The notes under the pieces were generated by a model. That model saw only the letters and a program-made list of their open reading frames with translations, searched no databases and was not told where the DNA came from. Source: Lachnospiraceae bacterium (GTDB taxonomy: Bacteria; Bacillota; Clostridia; Lachnospirales; Lachnospiraceae). From it: a DNA stretch of 49,832 nucleotides. The stretch spans positions 1-49,832 of the forward strand of contig JAFYSG010000165.1 in assembly GCA_017559435.1 (NCBI GenBank), written 5' to 3'. The translations under genes were made by a program, and so were the position numbers. Shown here in pieces: positions 1 through 9,177 of the stretch (the stretch's first letter is position 1; the number at the start of each line of letters is the position of its first letter).

Positions 1-1
1 C

Positions 2-1444
2 AATACATCAGGTGTTTATGGCCGGCAGGATAATGAGAATCAGGGTAGTAGTGATTCTGCATGGAATAGTGAGACAAGGTATCAGTCTTATCAGTCTGAT
101 TATTCTTATGGCAGCAATGGCAGTGGTAACGGGTTTGATGGAAGTAATAGTTATAATGGGAATAGTGAAAAAGGCTCCGGTAAGAAGCAAAAGGAGAAGA
201 AGGGTTCCGGGTTCTTTGGGAAGGTGGCAGTGAGTGTCTGCATGGGACTTTTCTTTGGGTTGTTTGCAGGAGTGGGGTTCTTTGGCGTACAGCAGTTGAC
301 CGGTAATATGACGGGTAACGGGGGCGGCAAAGGCAGCGAGCAGGAAGTGATCAGCGGACAGGTGGATGTGACAGTGGATGATGCAGTGATTGAAGAAAGC
401 AAGTCCGGTATTAAATTGACAGACACTACAGAAGTGCGTGTGATATCTTCTGATGTGACGGACGTGGTAGAGGAAGTGATGCCTGCCATGGTTTCTATTG
501 TTAATAATTATACAGAAACTGTTACAAGCTTTTTTGGTCAGAGCTATGCTCAGGAGAGAGCTGCCAGCGGAAGTGGTATCATTGTGGCGGAGAGTGAGAC
601 AGAGCTTTTGATCGTATCCAATCATCATGTGGTGGCAGATGCTGAGAAACTGGATGTGACTTTCATAGACGGTACTGTGGCTCAGGCACAGATCAAGGGT
701 CTTGATTCTGATATGGATCTGGCAGTGATTGCCATTCCCCTGGAATCTCTGACGGAAGAGACTAAGTCAGCCATCGCTATCGCTACTCTTGGGGACAGTG
801 CTTCTCTGAAGATGGGTGAGCCGGTTGTAGCCATCGGTAATGCCTTGGGTTATGGTCAGTCCGTTACCAACGGTATCGTCAGTGCTCTGGACAGAGAAGT
901 GACCATTGAAGAAGGTGTGACCAATACTTTTATCCAGACCAACGCAGCTATCAACCCCGGTAATTCCGGCGGTGCTCTGTTAAATGTAAACGGTGAAGTT
1001 ATCGGTATCAACTCCAACAAGATCGGTGCCACTGCAGTAGAAGGTATGTGCTACGCCATCCCCATCTCAGCAGCAAAGCCCATCATTGCGGACTTGATGC
1101 TGAAAGAGACCAGGTCCAAAGTAGAAGACGGCAAAGTGGGCTACATGGGCATCGGCATGGTCACCATCCCCAGCGATTATTCCCAGATGTATAATATACC
1201 AATAGGCGTATTTGTTCGGGAAGTGGAGGAAGGATCTCCTGCCAAGGAAGCCGGCTTCATGTACGGTGATATCATCGTGAAGTTTGAAGGAGAGAAGATT
1301 TCTACTAACCAGGATTTGCAGAACGTATTGCAGTACTACAGTGCAGGGTCTACTGTGACTGTGACAGTGAAGAGATTCCAGAATGGGGAGTACCAGGAGG
1401 TGGAGCTTTCCGTTAAGTTGGGGGAAAGACCCAAGGATAATTAA
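2..1444 (+). CDS. htrA: HtrA/DegP-family membrane serine protease with PDZ domain (5'-truncated by window)
   Basis: Frame open from base 2; TM helix; GSGII, SNHHVV, DLAVI and INPGNSGGAL trypsin motifs; C-terminal PDZ. Confidence 0.93.
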   Translation, partial: NTSGVYGRQDNENQGSSDSAWNSETRYQSYQSDYSYGSNGSGNGFDGSNSYNGNSEKGSGKKQKEKKGSGFFGKVAVSVCMGLFFGLFAGVGFFGVQQLTGNMTGNGGGKGSEQEVISGQVDVTVDDAVIEESKSGIKLTDTTEVRVISSDVTDVVEEVMPAMVSIVNNYTETVTSFFGQSYAQERAASGSGIIVAESETELLIVSNHHVVADAEKLDVTFIDGTVAQAQIKGLDSDMDLAVIAIPLESLTEETKSAIAIATLGDSASLKMGEPVVAIGNALGYGQSVTNGIVSALDREVTIEEGVTNTFIQTNAAINPGNSGGALLNVNGEVIGINSNKIGATAVEGMCYAIPISAAKPIIADLMLKETRSKVEDGKVGYMGIGMVTIPSDYSQMYNIPIGVFVREVEEGSPAKEAGFMYGDIIVKFEGEKISTNQDLQNVLQYYSAGSTVTVTVKRFQNGEYQEVELSVKLGERPKDN

Positions 1445-1459
1445 ATAGATGAGTTTAGC

Positions 1460-1499
1460 AGCTGCTTTGACTGAGAGGATTGGTCAAGGCAGCTTTTTT
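1460..1499 (+). terminator. Intrinsic terminator after htrA
   Basis: agctgctttgac/gtcaaggcagct stem followed by T run. Confidence 0.8.
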
Positions 1500-1508
1500 G
1501 TGTCAGAT

Positions 1509-1579
1509 CTTTTGTTTAGAAAAAGTTTAGTAGTCTAAACAAAAGTTCTCTTGTCTAACTTACAATAATCCTATATAAT
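1509..1579 (+). promoter_or_regulatory. sigmaA-like promoter of clpX with upstream 12-bp inverted repeat
   Basis: TTGTCT(1551)-17-TATAAT(1574); cttttgtttaga(1509)/tctaaacaaaag(1534). Confidence 0.65.
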
Positions 1580-1654
1580 AGCTATAGTAACCTGTAAGAG
1601 CAGGTATTCAGGTGATTTTAATGATAATAAGAGATTAGAGAGGATTAAGAAGAG

Positions 1655-3226
1655 ATGTCTGATTTATTTGATAAAAATGATGAGGAACTGAATGAAGAGA
1701 TACTGGAACAGGATGAGGAACTGGAAGAATCTGAGCTGACTTCCCGGGAGAAGAAGGATGCCTCCAACACATCCAAAGCCGGCAAGAGTGACAACGATGA
1801 GTACGAGGATGTCTGTTTTGTCTGCCGCCGCCCGGAGAGCAAGACCGGAAAGATGTTTAAGATGCCCAACAATATTTGTGTCTGTGACGATTGCATGCAC
1901 AAGACCATGGATATGGTCAGCCAATTTGATTATCAGGGAATGCTGAACAATCCTCAGATTCAAAAGGAAATGGAGGACATGGCCAGAAATGGCGGTTTCC
2001 CCAATATCAGCTTTGTGAATCTGGCAGATCTGCGCGGAGACGGAGGAATCCCCAATAAGCAGAAGCTGAAGAAGAAAAAGGCAAAAGAGGACAACAAGAA
2101 CGCAGAAGAACCGGTTTTAAATATCAAGAACATTCCACCGCCACACAAGATCAAAGCAAGTCTGGATGAATATGTGGTAGGGCAGGAGCATGCCAAGAAA
2201 GTGATTTCTGTGGCAGTTTATAACCACTACAAGCGTGTGGCCACAGGCACCATGGACGAGATAGAGATTGAGAAGTCCAATATGCTGATGATCGGGCCTA
2301 CCGGTTGTGGTAAGACCTATCTGGTGAAGACACTGGCGAAACTGCTGGACGTGCCTTTGGCCATCGCTGATGCCACTTCCCTGACGGAAGCCGGGTATAT
2401 TGGTGACGATATCGAAAGTGTGGTATCCAAGCTTCTGGCAGCTGCAGACAATGATGTGGAGAAGGCGGAGCAGGGGATTATTTTCATCGATGAGATTGAC
2501 AAGATCGCCAAGAAGAAGAATACCACCTCCCGCGATGTCAGTGGGGAAAGTGTACAGCAGGGTATGCTGAAGCTCTTAGAAGGGGCAGAGGTGGAGGTGC
2601 CGGTAGGTGCCAACAGTAAAAATGCCATGGTTCCTCTGGCTACGGTGAACACAAGAAATATTCTCTTCATCTGCGGCGGTGCATTCCCGGATTTGGAGGA
2701 GATCATCAAAGAACGTCTGACCAAGACTGCCTCTATCGGTTTTGGCTCCGAATTGAAGGATAAATATGATAAGGACAAGAATCTGCTTTCCAAAGTGACA
2801 GTGGAGGATATCCGTAAATTTGGTATGATCCCCGAGTTTATCGGCCGTCTGCCCATTATCTATACCCTGCAGGGCTTAAACAGGGATATGATGGTGAAGA
2901 TTCTGAAAGAGCCTAAGAATGCTATTTTGAAACAGTATCAGAAGCTTCTGGAACTGGACGAAGTAAAGTTGGAATTTACGGATGAAGCATTAGAAGCTAT
3001 TGCTGACAAGGCCATGGAAAGAGATACCGGTGCCAGAGCCCTGCGTTCCATCATTGAGGATTTCATGTTAGATATCATGTATGAAATCCCTAAAGATGAC
3101 AACATTGGCAAAGTGACCATCACCAGAGAGTATATCGAAGGAACCGGCGGACCGGTGATCGATATCAGAAGTAATCGGGTGGCAGGCAGGATCGAAGAAT
3201 TGAAGGAGTATCCTGCAAAACAGTAA
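1655..3226 (+). CDS. clpX: ATP-dependent Clp protease ATP-binding subunit ClpX
   Basis: C4 zinc finger (CFVC...CDDC), Walker A GPTGCGKT, Walker B IFIDEIDK, RDVSGESVQQ, IGF loop, TGARALR. Confidence 0.93.
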   Translation: MSDLFDKNDEELNEEILEQDEELEESELTSREKKDASNTSKAGKSDNDEYEDVCFVCRRPESKTGKMFKMPNNICVCDDCMHKTMDMVSQFDYQGMLNNPQIQKEMEDMARNGGFPNISFVNLADLRGDGGIPNKQKLKKKKAKEDNKNAEEPVLNIKNIPPPHKIKASLDEYVVGQEHAKKVISVAVYNHYKRVATGTMDEIEIEKSNMLMIGPTGCGKTYLVKTLAKLLDVPLAIADATSLTEAGYIGDDIESVVSKLLAAADNDVEKAEQGIIFIDEIDKIAKKKNTTSRDVSGESVQQGMLKLLEGAEVEVPVGANSKNAMVPLATVNTRNILFICGGAFPDLEEIIKERLTKTASIGFGSELKDKYDKDKNLLSKVTVEDIRKFGMIPEFIGRLPIIYTLQGLNRDMMVKILKEPKNAILKQYQKLLELDEVKLEFTDEALEAIADKAMERDTGARALRSIIEDFMLDIMYEIPKDDNIGKVTITREYIEGTGGPVIDIRSNRVAGRIEELKEYPAKQ

Positions 3227-3267
3227 CTATATGGGAGCAGATTGTGCTGAAAATGGGAAAAACAGTA

Positions 3268-3328
3268 TTGACAAATTCATAATTTATGATAATATAAACA
3301 TATGAACAATGATTCATATGTTTATATT
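3268..3328 (+). promoter_or_regulatory. Promoter and ArsR/SmtB-type metal-repressor operator
   Basis: TTGACA at 3268; perfect 16-bp inverted repeat aatataaacatatgaa-6-ttcatatgtttatatt (3291-3328) containing the ATATGAA..TTCATAT core. Confidence 0.75.
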
Positions 3329-3346
3329 TTTATGGAGGATAAAGCA

Positions 3347-3565
3347 ATGAAGAAGACTTATAAGATCGAAGTAGATTGTGCCAACTGTGCCAGAAAGATG
3401 GAGGAAGCCACCAAGAAGGTAGAAGGTGTGGCAGATGCTACAGTCAGCTTTATGACCCAGAAGATGAGTGTGGAATTTGAAGAAGGGGCAGAGGAGAAGG
3501 CAGTCATGGACAAGGTAGTGAAAGCCTGCAAGAAGGTGGAAGATGACTGTGAGATCTATCTGTAA
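3347..3565 (+). CDS. Heavy-metal-associated (HMA) domain protein
   Basis: GGAGG SD then ATG at 3347; VDCANCA metal-binding motif; 72 aa. Confidence 0.88.
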   Translation: MKKTYKIEVDCANCARKMEEATKKVEGVADATVSFMTQKMSVEFEEGAEEKAVMDKVVKACKKVEDDCEIYL

Positions 3566-3577
3566 GAGGATACATAC

Positions 3578-5476
3578 ATGACCAGAAAGCAGAAGAAAGT
3601 GCTGTGGCGTATTATTGCAGTGTTTTTATTACTTGTGATCGTCAGTTTCCTGCCAACGGACCGGTTGTCGGAATCTTGTATTTTAGTGCTCTACCTGATT
3701 CCCTACCTGATCATCGGCTACGATATTTTGCGAAAGGCCGTATTAGGTATTCTTCACGGTGAGGTGTTCGATGAGAATTTTCTTATGGCTGTGGCCACAG
3801 TAGGAGCCATGCTTCTTAGGGATTACCGGGAAGGTGTGGCAGTTATGTTGTTTTACCAGATCGGTGAATTGTTTCAGAGTGTGGCAGTAGGCAAGAGCCG
3901 CAGGAATATCAGTGCCTTAATGGACATCCGGCCGGATTATGCCAATAGAGAGGCACAAGATGGTACTCTGATCCAGGCAGATCCGGAGGATGTGGCAGTT
4001 GGAAGCGTGATTCTGGTCAGACCGGGAGAGAAGGTGCCTATTGACGGTATTGTTGTAGAGGGGAACTCTACATTAAATACCAGCGCCCTGACCGGGGAAA
4101 GCCTGCCTAGGGAAGTGACTGTGGGACAGGAGATTATCAGTGGCTGTGTGAATCTCTCAGGTGTGCTTCGAATCCGCACGACGAAAGAATTTGGAGAATC
4201 TACTGTGTCCAGAATCTTGGATCTGGTGGAGAATTCCAGTATGAAGAAGGCAAAGGCGGAGAATTTTATCAGCAAATTTGCCCACTACTATACTCCGGCA
4301 GTTTGTTACAGTGCCTTAGCACTGGCAGTGTTACCCCCTGTGTTGAACTTAGTTATGGGGAATTCGGCTGACTTTAGTAACTGGGTGGTTAGAGCCCTGA
4401 CCTTTTTAGTGATCAGCTGTCCGTGCGCATTGGTCATTTCCATACCCCTAAGCTTTTTTGGCGGTATCGGCGGGGCGTCTTCCCAGGGCATTTTGGTGAA
4501 GGGTGCTAATTATCTGGAAGCCTTGGCTAAGACTAGGTACGTGGTGTTTGACAAGACAGGTACTTTGACCAAGGGTGTTTTTCAGGTAACAAAGGTCTGT
4601 CCCGAAAAAGGTGTTTCGCAGGAGCAGCTTTTAAAATATGCGGCCTATGCTGAAAGCTTTTCCAACCATCCCATCAGCAAAAGTCTGAGAGAAGCATATG
4701 GGAAAGAGCCGGATCATACTCTCATCAGTGACACCAAAGAGATCAGCGGTCACGGTGTGATCACTAAAGTGCAGGATGTTGAGGTGGCAGCAGGAAATCG
4801 GCGTTTGATGGAACAACTAGGCATTACAGTAGATTTACCGGATATATCAGGCACTGTAGTATATGTGGCTGTGGATGACAGTTACATGGGGTACCTTCTC
4901 ATTGCAGATGTGGTGAAAGAACAGTCAGAAAGTGCGGTTAAAGCGTTGAAAAAGGCAGGTATTCGTAAGACTGTGATGCTCACAGGCGACAGTAAGCAGG
5001 TGGCAGAGGCAGTGGCAAAGCAGCTTGGTGTGGATGAAGTAAGAAGCGAACTTATGCCGGAAGACAAAGTAATTCAAGTAGAATTGTTGTTGGCAAGAAA
5101 GCAGAAGAACGAAGTGCTTGTGTTCGTGGGGGATGGTATTAATGATGCACCTGTCCTGTCGCGATCCGATGTGGGGATCGCCATGGGAGCTTTGGGGTCT
5201 GATGCGGCAATAGAGGCGGCGGATGTGGTGCTGATGGATGATAACCCCCTAAAGATCGCCCAGGCCATTGGAATCTCCAGAAAGTGTCTGCGCATTGTCT
5301 ATGAAAATATTGTGTTCGCACTGGGGGTGAAAGGAATCTGCCTGATACTGGGTGCTTTGGGCAAAGCCGGTATGTGGCTGGCAATCTTTGCAGATGTGGG
5401 TGTGATGGTGATAGCAGTGCTCAATGCCATTCGGTGTCTGAAGGTTGATAATGTGCAAAACCGAAATGACTTTTAA
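3578..5476 (+). CDS. cadA: Heavy metal translocating P1B-type ATPase (Cd/Zn type)
   Basis: TGES, SCPC, DKTGT, HP, GDGINDAP, FADVG motifs. Confidence 0.92.
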   Translation: MTRKQKKVLWRIIAVFLLLVIVSFLPTDRLSESCILVLYLIPYLIIGYDILRKAVLGILHGEVFDENFLMAVATVGAMLLRDYREGVAVMLFYQIGELFQSVAVGKSRRNISALMDIRPDYANREAQDGTLIQADPEDVAVGSVILVRPGEKVPIDGIVVEGNSTLNTSALTGESLPREVTVGQEIISGCVNLSGVLRIRTTKEFGESTVSRILDLVENSSMKKAKAENFISKFAHYYTPAVCYSALALAVLPPVLNLVMGNSADFSNWVVRALTFLVISCPCALVISIPLSFFGGIGGASSQGILVKGANYLEALAKTRYVVFDKTGTLTKGVFQVTKVCPEKGVSQEQLLKYAAYAESFSNHPISKSLREAYGKEPDHTLISDTKEISGHGVITKVQDVEVAAGNRRLMEQLGITVDLPDISGTVVYVAVDDSYMGYLLIADVVKEQSESAVKALKKAGIRKTVMLTGDSKQVAEAVAKQLGVDEVRSELMPEDKVIQVELLLARKQKNEVLVFVGDGINDAPVLSRSDVGIAMGALGSDAAIEAADVVLMDDNPLKIAQAIGISRKCLRIVYENIVFALGVKGICLILGALGKAGMWLAIFADVGVMVIAVLNAIRCLKVDNVQNRNDF

Positions 5477-5496
5477 ATCAGGAGAAACAAAACAGT

Positions 5497-5537
5497 AACC
5501 GTCGCATATGTTGTATACAAGAGCATATGCGACGGTT
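5497..5537 (+). terminator. 14-bp perfect hairpin ending cadA, overlapping a possible sporulation-sigma -10 for the csp gene
   Basis: aaccgtcgcatatg/catatgcgacggtt then tttatt; CATAtgtT in the left arm. Confidence 0.65.
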
Positions 5538-5542
5538 TTATT

Positions 5543-7279
5543 ATGGATTGCAAAGAAAAAATTTTATCAAATGATTACAGAGACCTGATTTTGGATTATT
5601 TTCTCCGGGATGATGTGCAGGTGCCGCTGGACTACTGTACAGTGAATGTGGATGATCTGTTTCGCCTTGTATATATAGAGCAAAGTCAGTTGGCTCCCAT
5701 TGTGGATACCCCTTATGAATATTTATATACTCCCAGATTGTATGGCCTCATGCCCATTAGCGGCGGAAGCGGCAATACTTCTTTCGATCCTTTAAGCCTC
5801 ACAGCCAGCGGTATCACCCAGGTACAAAGGCAGCCTCTGGCACTGACCGGGAGAGGGGTGATTCTGGTCCTCATCGGCAGTGGGATAGACTACACATTGG
5901 ACGTTTTCCGGGATCAGAATGGAAAAACGAGGCTTCTGTCTATTTGGGATCAGACCATTCAGGAAGGGACACCGCCGGAGGGTTTTTTGTTTGGCACAGA
6001 ATATGACAGAGATACCATTGACAGGGCACTGGATTCGGAGGATCCTTTTTCTGTGGTGCCAAGCAGAGATGAAAGAAGGCATGGCAGTGCCATGCTCAGC
6101 GTGGCTGCCGGAAGCAGTTTAAGAGGGGGGAATGCCTATACCGGGGCAGCGCCGGATGCTCAGATCGCTGTGATAAAGTTAAAACAGTGCAAGCCCTATC
6201 TGCGGGATTATTATTTGCTCCCACAGGATGTGGAAGCTTACGAGGAACAGGATATTATGCTGGCACTTCAGTATGCAGATTCTCTTTCTGATCAGCTGAA
6301 CCGCCCTGTAGTGATCTGTATGGGCTTGGGAACCAATATGGGAGCCCACAGCGGTGATTCTGCCTTGGATCGCTACCTTGCCAGATTGGCAGTAAAAAAG
6401 AGTAGGGCAGTTGTTATTGCAGGGGGAGACGAGGGCAATGCAGCCCATCATTACAGCAGTACCCTAAGACGTGGGGAGGATGCCAGAAGTCTTACAGAAG
6501 AAGAAAATTTTAAAAATGTGGAAATTCGTGTGGGAGAAAATTGTCGTGGTTTTGTTATGGAGTTCTGGGGCAGCGTGCCGGACATCTACAATATCGAGAT
6601 CCGCACCCCCGGCGGTGAAACAGTACCGCCCCTTAGACTGAGCATGGGGCAGAGTGTGACCTATAGTTTTATCTATGAGCGATCCAAAGTCACCGTCTCC
6701 AATGTGCTGGTGGAGCCTGTGACAGGTGAGGAATTGCTGATTTTTCGCCTGCAGGATCCTACAACCGGCATCTGGAACTTCAGAGTATCCGCCGCAGGTC
6801 GAGTAAACAACGGAACCTTTCATATGTGGCTTCCCATCACACAGTTTCTCACATCAGATGTTTATTTCACGGAACCCGATCCCTATACCACCCTGACAGA
6901 ACCCGCCATGTCTGACAATGTGATCGCAGTATCTGCCTACAACGATGCCAACAACAGCTTTTTCATCGAATCCGGCAGAGGCTTTTCACGGACAGGACAG
7001 ATACGGCCGGATTTTGCGGCCCCCGGGGTAAATGTATCCACTGTGTACGGAAAACAGACCGGAAGCAGCCTGTCAGCCGCCATCAGTGCCGGTGCCGTGG
7101 CCCAATTTTTCCAGTGGGCCGTTGTGGAAGAAAATAATGAATACCTTGACACCCAGGAAATCAAAAACTACCTGATCCGCGGCGCCGCAAGAGAACAAGG
7201 TACCATATACCCCAACCGAGAAATGGGCTACGGCCGCTTAGACCTGGCCGGTACATTTGACGTTCTGGCGAGATTGTAG
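5543..7279 (+). CDS. Csp-type S8 (subtilisin-like) germination protein, probable pseudoprotease
   Basis: LTGRGV, SIWDQT, HGS, jelly-roll-like insert, RPDFAAPGV, GSS, GYGRLDL; catalytic Asp replaced by Gly. Confidence 0.85.
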   Translation: MDCKEKILSNDYRDLILDYFLRDDVQVPLDYCTVNVDDLFRLVYIEQSQLAPIVDTPYEYLYTPRLYGLMPISGGSGNTSFDPLSLTASGITQVQRQPLALTGRGVILVLIGSGIDYTLDVFRDQNGKTRLLSIWDQTIQEGTPPEGFLFGTEYDRDTIDRALDSEDPFSVVPSRDERRHGSAMLSVAAGSSLRGGNAYTGAAPDAQIAVIKLKQCKPYLRDYYLLPQDVEAYEEQDIMLALQYADSLSDQLNRPVVICMGLGTNMGAHSGDSALDRYLARLAVKKSRAVVIAGGDEGNAAHHYSSTLRRGEDARSLTEEENFKNVEIRVGENCRGFVMEFWGSVPDIYNIEIRTPGGETVPPLRLSMGQSVTYSFIYERSKVTVSNVLVEPVTGEELLIFRLQDPTTGIWNFRVSAAGRVNNGTFHMWLPITQFLTSDVYFTEPDPYTTLTEPAMSDNVIAVSAYNDANNSFFIESGRGFSRTGQIRPDFAAPGVNVSTVYGKQTGSSLSAAISAGAVAQFFQWAVVEENNEYLDTQEIKNYLIRGAAREQGTIYPNREMGYGRLDLAGTFDVLARL

Positions 7280-7349
7280 GTATTACATCGACAAGAGATA
7301 AAAAAAAATTACAAATTTTTTAAAATATGCTTTGCTTATTTGGAAAATA

Positions 7350-7358
7350 TGGTATAAT
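7350..7358 (+). promoter_or_regulatory. Extended -10 promoter for minCDE
   Basis: TGgTATAAT at 7350-7358 in AT-rich context. Confidence 0.6.
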
Positions 7359-7363
7359 GTTCG

Positions 7364-7567
7364 TACAGGGCAGAGCCAAGTAAACAAGAAAACAGATGCC
7401 GAGCTTGCTCGAGCAGCTGTTCTCTTGTTTATTTGGCGAGCGAAGCGACTGAGGAAATGCGCAGCATTTTCGAGGCTCTGCCCGTCACTCGCCGCATACT
7501 TATGCCCCTTAGTGCCCGTCCAAACGCTCCCTAAGTCCGCATACCCCATGCCTCGCAGTGCCCTGTA
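7364..7567. repeat. Multibranch palindromic (REP/MITE-like) intergenic element or structured leader
   Basis: gggcagagcc(7368)/ggctctgccc(7474); inner ~20-bp stem 7376-7395/7417-7436; outer tacagggca/tgccctgta; gagcgaagcga motif. Confidence 0.7.
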
Positions 7568-7580
7568 ATTGGAGGAAGAT

Positions 7581-8324
7581 ATGACAAACAAAGTAATCAT
7601 CAAAAGCAACAAGTACGGAATCAACCTGATCTTAGATGATCAGACCCCCTTCCCGGAACTTTTGCAAATAATAGCCGATAAATTCAAAGAATCCGGCAGT
7701 TTCTTCAAAGATGCCCAAATGGCAGTTTCTTTCGAAGGCAGAACCTTAACCCCCAGGCAAGAACAAGAAATCGCCGACACCATCATGGCAAACAGCACGA
7801 TCCGCATTGTCAGCATCATAGACAGCAACAAGGATCTGGAAACCTTAATGAAAGAGCGTGTGGAAAACTATCAGGAACCCAGGCAGTACGCCCAACCATC
7901 ACCCTATATCCCCCAGGATTATCCGGACATGGACATCCCGCCCGCAGCAGATTTTTACAAAGGCAACCTGCGCTCCGGCCAGACCTTAGAGTGTGCATCC
8001 AGCGTAACACTCATCGGTGATGTGAATCCCGGTGCCACCATCATTTCCGGTGGCAATATCGTAGTCTTAGGTTCCCTGAAAGGCAATGCCTGTGCAGGTG
8101 CTTCAGGAGATGAGAACTGCTTTATCTTTGCGCTGGACATGCGTCCCATACAGCTCCAGATCGGAGATCTGATCGCCAAGAGTCCCGATAAGGAGAAAGA
8201 AAGCGGTTGGGGCAAAAAGAAAACAAAGGAAGACAACAGCAAATATTCAGCCAAGATCGCCGTGGTGAGGGATGGCTATATCGGTATTGAACCAATGACC
8301 AAAGGTTGTTTGGATCGCCTGTAA
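7581..8324 (+). CDS. minC: Septum site-determining protein MinC
   Basis: GGAGG SD at 7571; NLRSGQ, GDVNPGA, GNIVVLGSLKG motifs; upstream of minD. Confidence 0.9.
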   Translation: MTNKVIIKSNKYGINLILDDQTPFPELLQIIADKFKESGSFFKDAQMAVSFEGRTLTPRQEQEIADTIMANSTIRIVSIIDSNKDLETLMKERVENYQEPRQYAQPSPYIPQDYPDMDIPPAADFYKGNLRSGQTLECASSVTLIGDVNPGATIISGGNIVVLGSLKGNACAGASGDENCFIFALDMRPIQLQIGDLIAKSPDKEKESGWGKKKTKEDNSKYSAKIAVVRDGYIGIEPMTKGCLDRL

Positions 8325-8376
8325 ACATGGCAGTCCGGAATATAAAAGGTACAAAAATGTCAGGAGGAGACAGTAA

Positions 8377-9165
8377 ATGAGTGAAGTAATTGTAATCACG
8401 TCCGGAAAGGGCGGAGTAGGTAAGACCACCACTACAGCAAATGTAGGAACAGGTCTTGCCATGTTGAACAAGAAGGTAGTAATGATCGATACGGATATCG
8501 GACTCCGTAATCTGGATGTGGTTCTGGGATTGGAGAACCGTATCGTGTACAATCTGGTAGACGTAATAGAAGGAAAGTGCCGTCTGAAACAGGCCCTGAT
8601 CAAGCATAAGAAGTATCCAGAGCTTTGCCTGCTTCCTTCTGCACAGACAAGAGATAAGGACGCTGTTACTCCTGAACAGATGATAGAGTTGGTTGAGGAA
8701 TTGAAGAAAGAATTTGATTACATTCTGTTAGATTGTCCCGCAGGTATTGAGCAGGGATTTAAGAATGCCATTGCAGGTGCAGACAGAGCCCTGGTAGTGA
8801 CCACCCCTGAAGTATCTGCTATCCGCGATGCAGACAGAATCGTAGGATTGTTGGAAGCCAATGAGATGAAGAAGATTGACCTGATCATCAACAGACTCCG
8901 CATAGACATGGTAAAGAGAGGCGATATGCTGAAAGTGGAGGATGTATGTGACATTCTTTCCATCAACCTGATCGGTGTGGTTCCTGATGATGAACAGATC
9001 GTGGTATCCACCAACCAGGGAGAACCCCTTGTAGGAACAGATTGTCTGGCAGGTCAGGCTTATCACAATATCTGTCAGCGTGTTACAGGTGAAGAAGTAC
9101 CTTTCATGGATCTGGATGCCAAGAAGGGTGTAATGTCGATGATCAAGGGATTATTTAAAAAATAA
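8377..9165 (+). CDS. minD: Septum site-determining protein MinD
   Basis: TSGKGGVGKTT, DIGLRNLD, DCPAGIE, C-terminal amphipathic helix. Confidence 0.97.
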   Translation: MSEVIVITSGKGGVGKTTTTANVGTGLAMLNKKVVMIDTDIGLRNLDVVLGLENRIVYNLVDVIEGKCRLKQALIKHKKYPELCLLPSAQTRDKDAVTPEQMIELVEELKKEFDYILLDCPAGIEQGFKNAIAGADRALVVTTPEVSAIRDADRIVGLLEANEMKKIDLIINRLRIDMVKRGDMLKVEDVCDILSINLIGVVPDDEQIVVSTNQGEPLVGTDCLAGQAYHNICQRVTGEEVPFMDLDAKKGVMSMIKGLFKK

Positions 9166-9177
9166 GGGGGGATCGCC

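Noticed and set aside
8-628. 206-aa minus-strand ORF
   Set aside because: Antisense to htrA, whose frame is open and motif-bearing
7283-7624. ORFs 7332..7568 (+) and 7283..7624 (-)
   Set aside because: Run through promoter and palindromic element; no SD, no protein-like features
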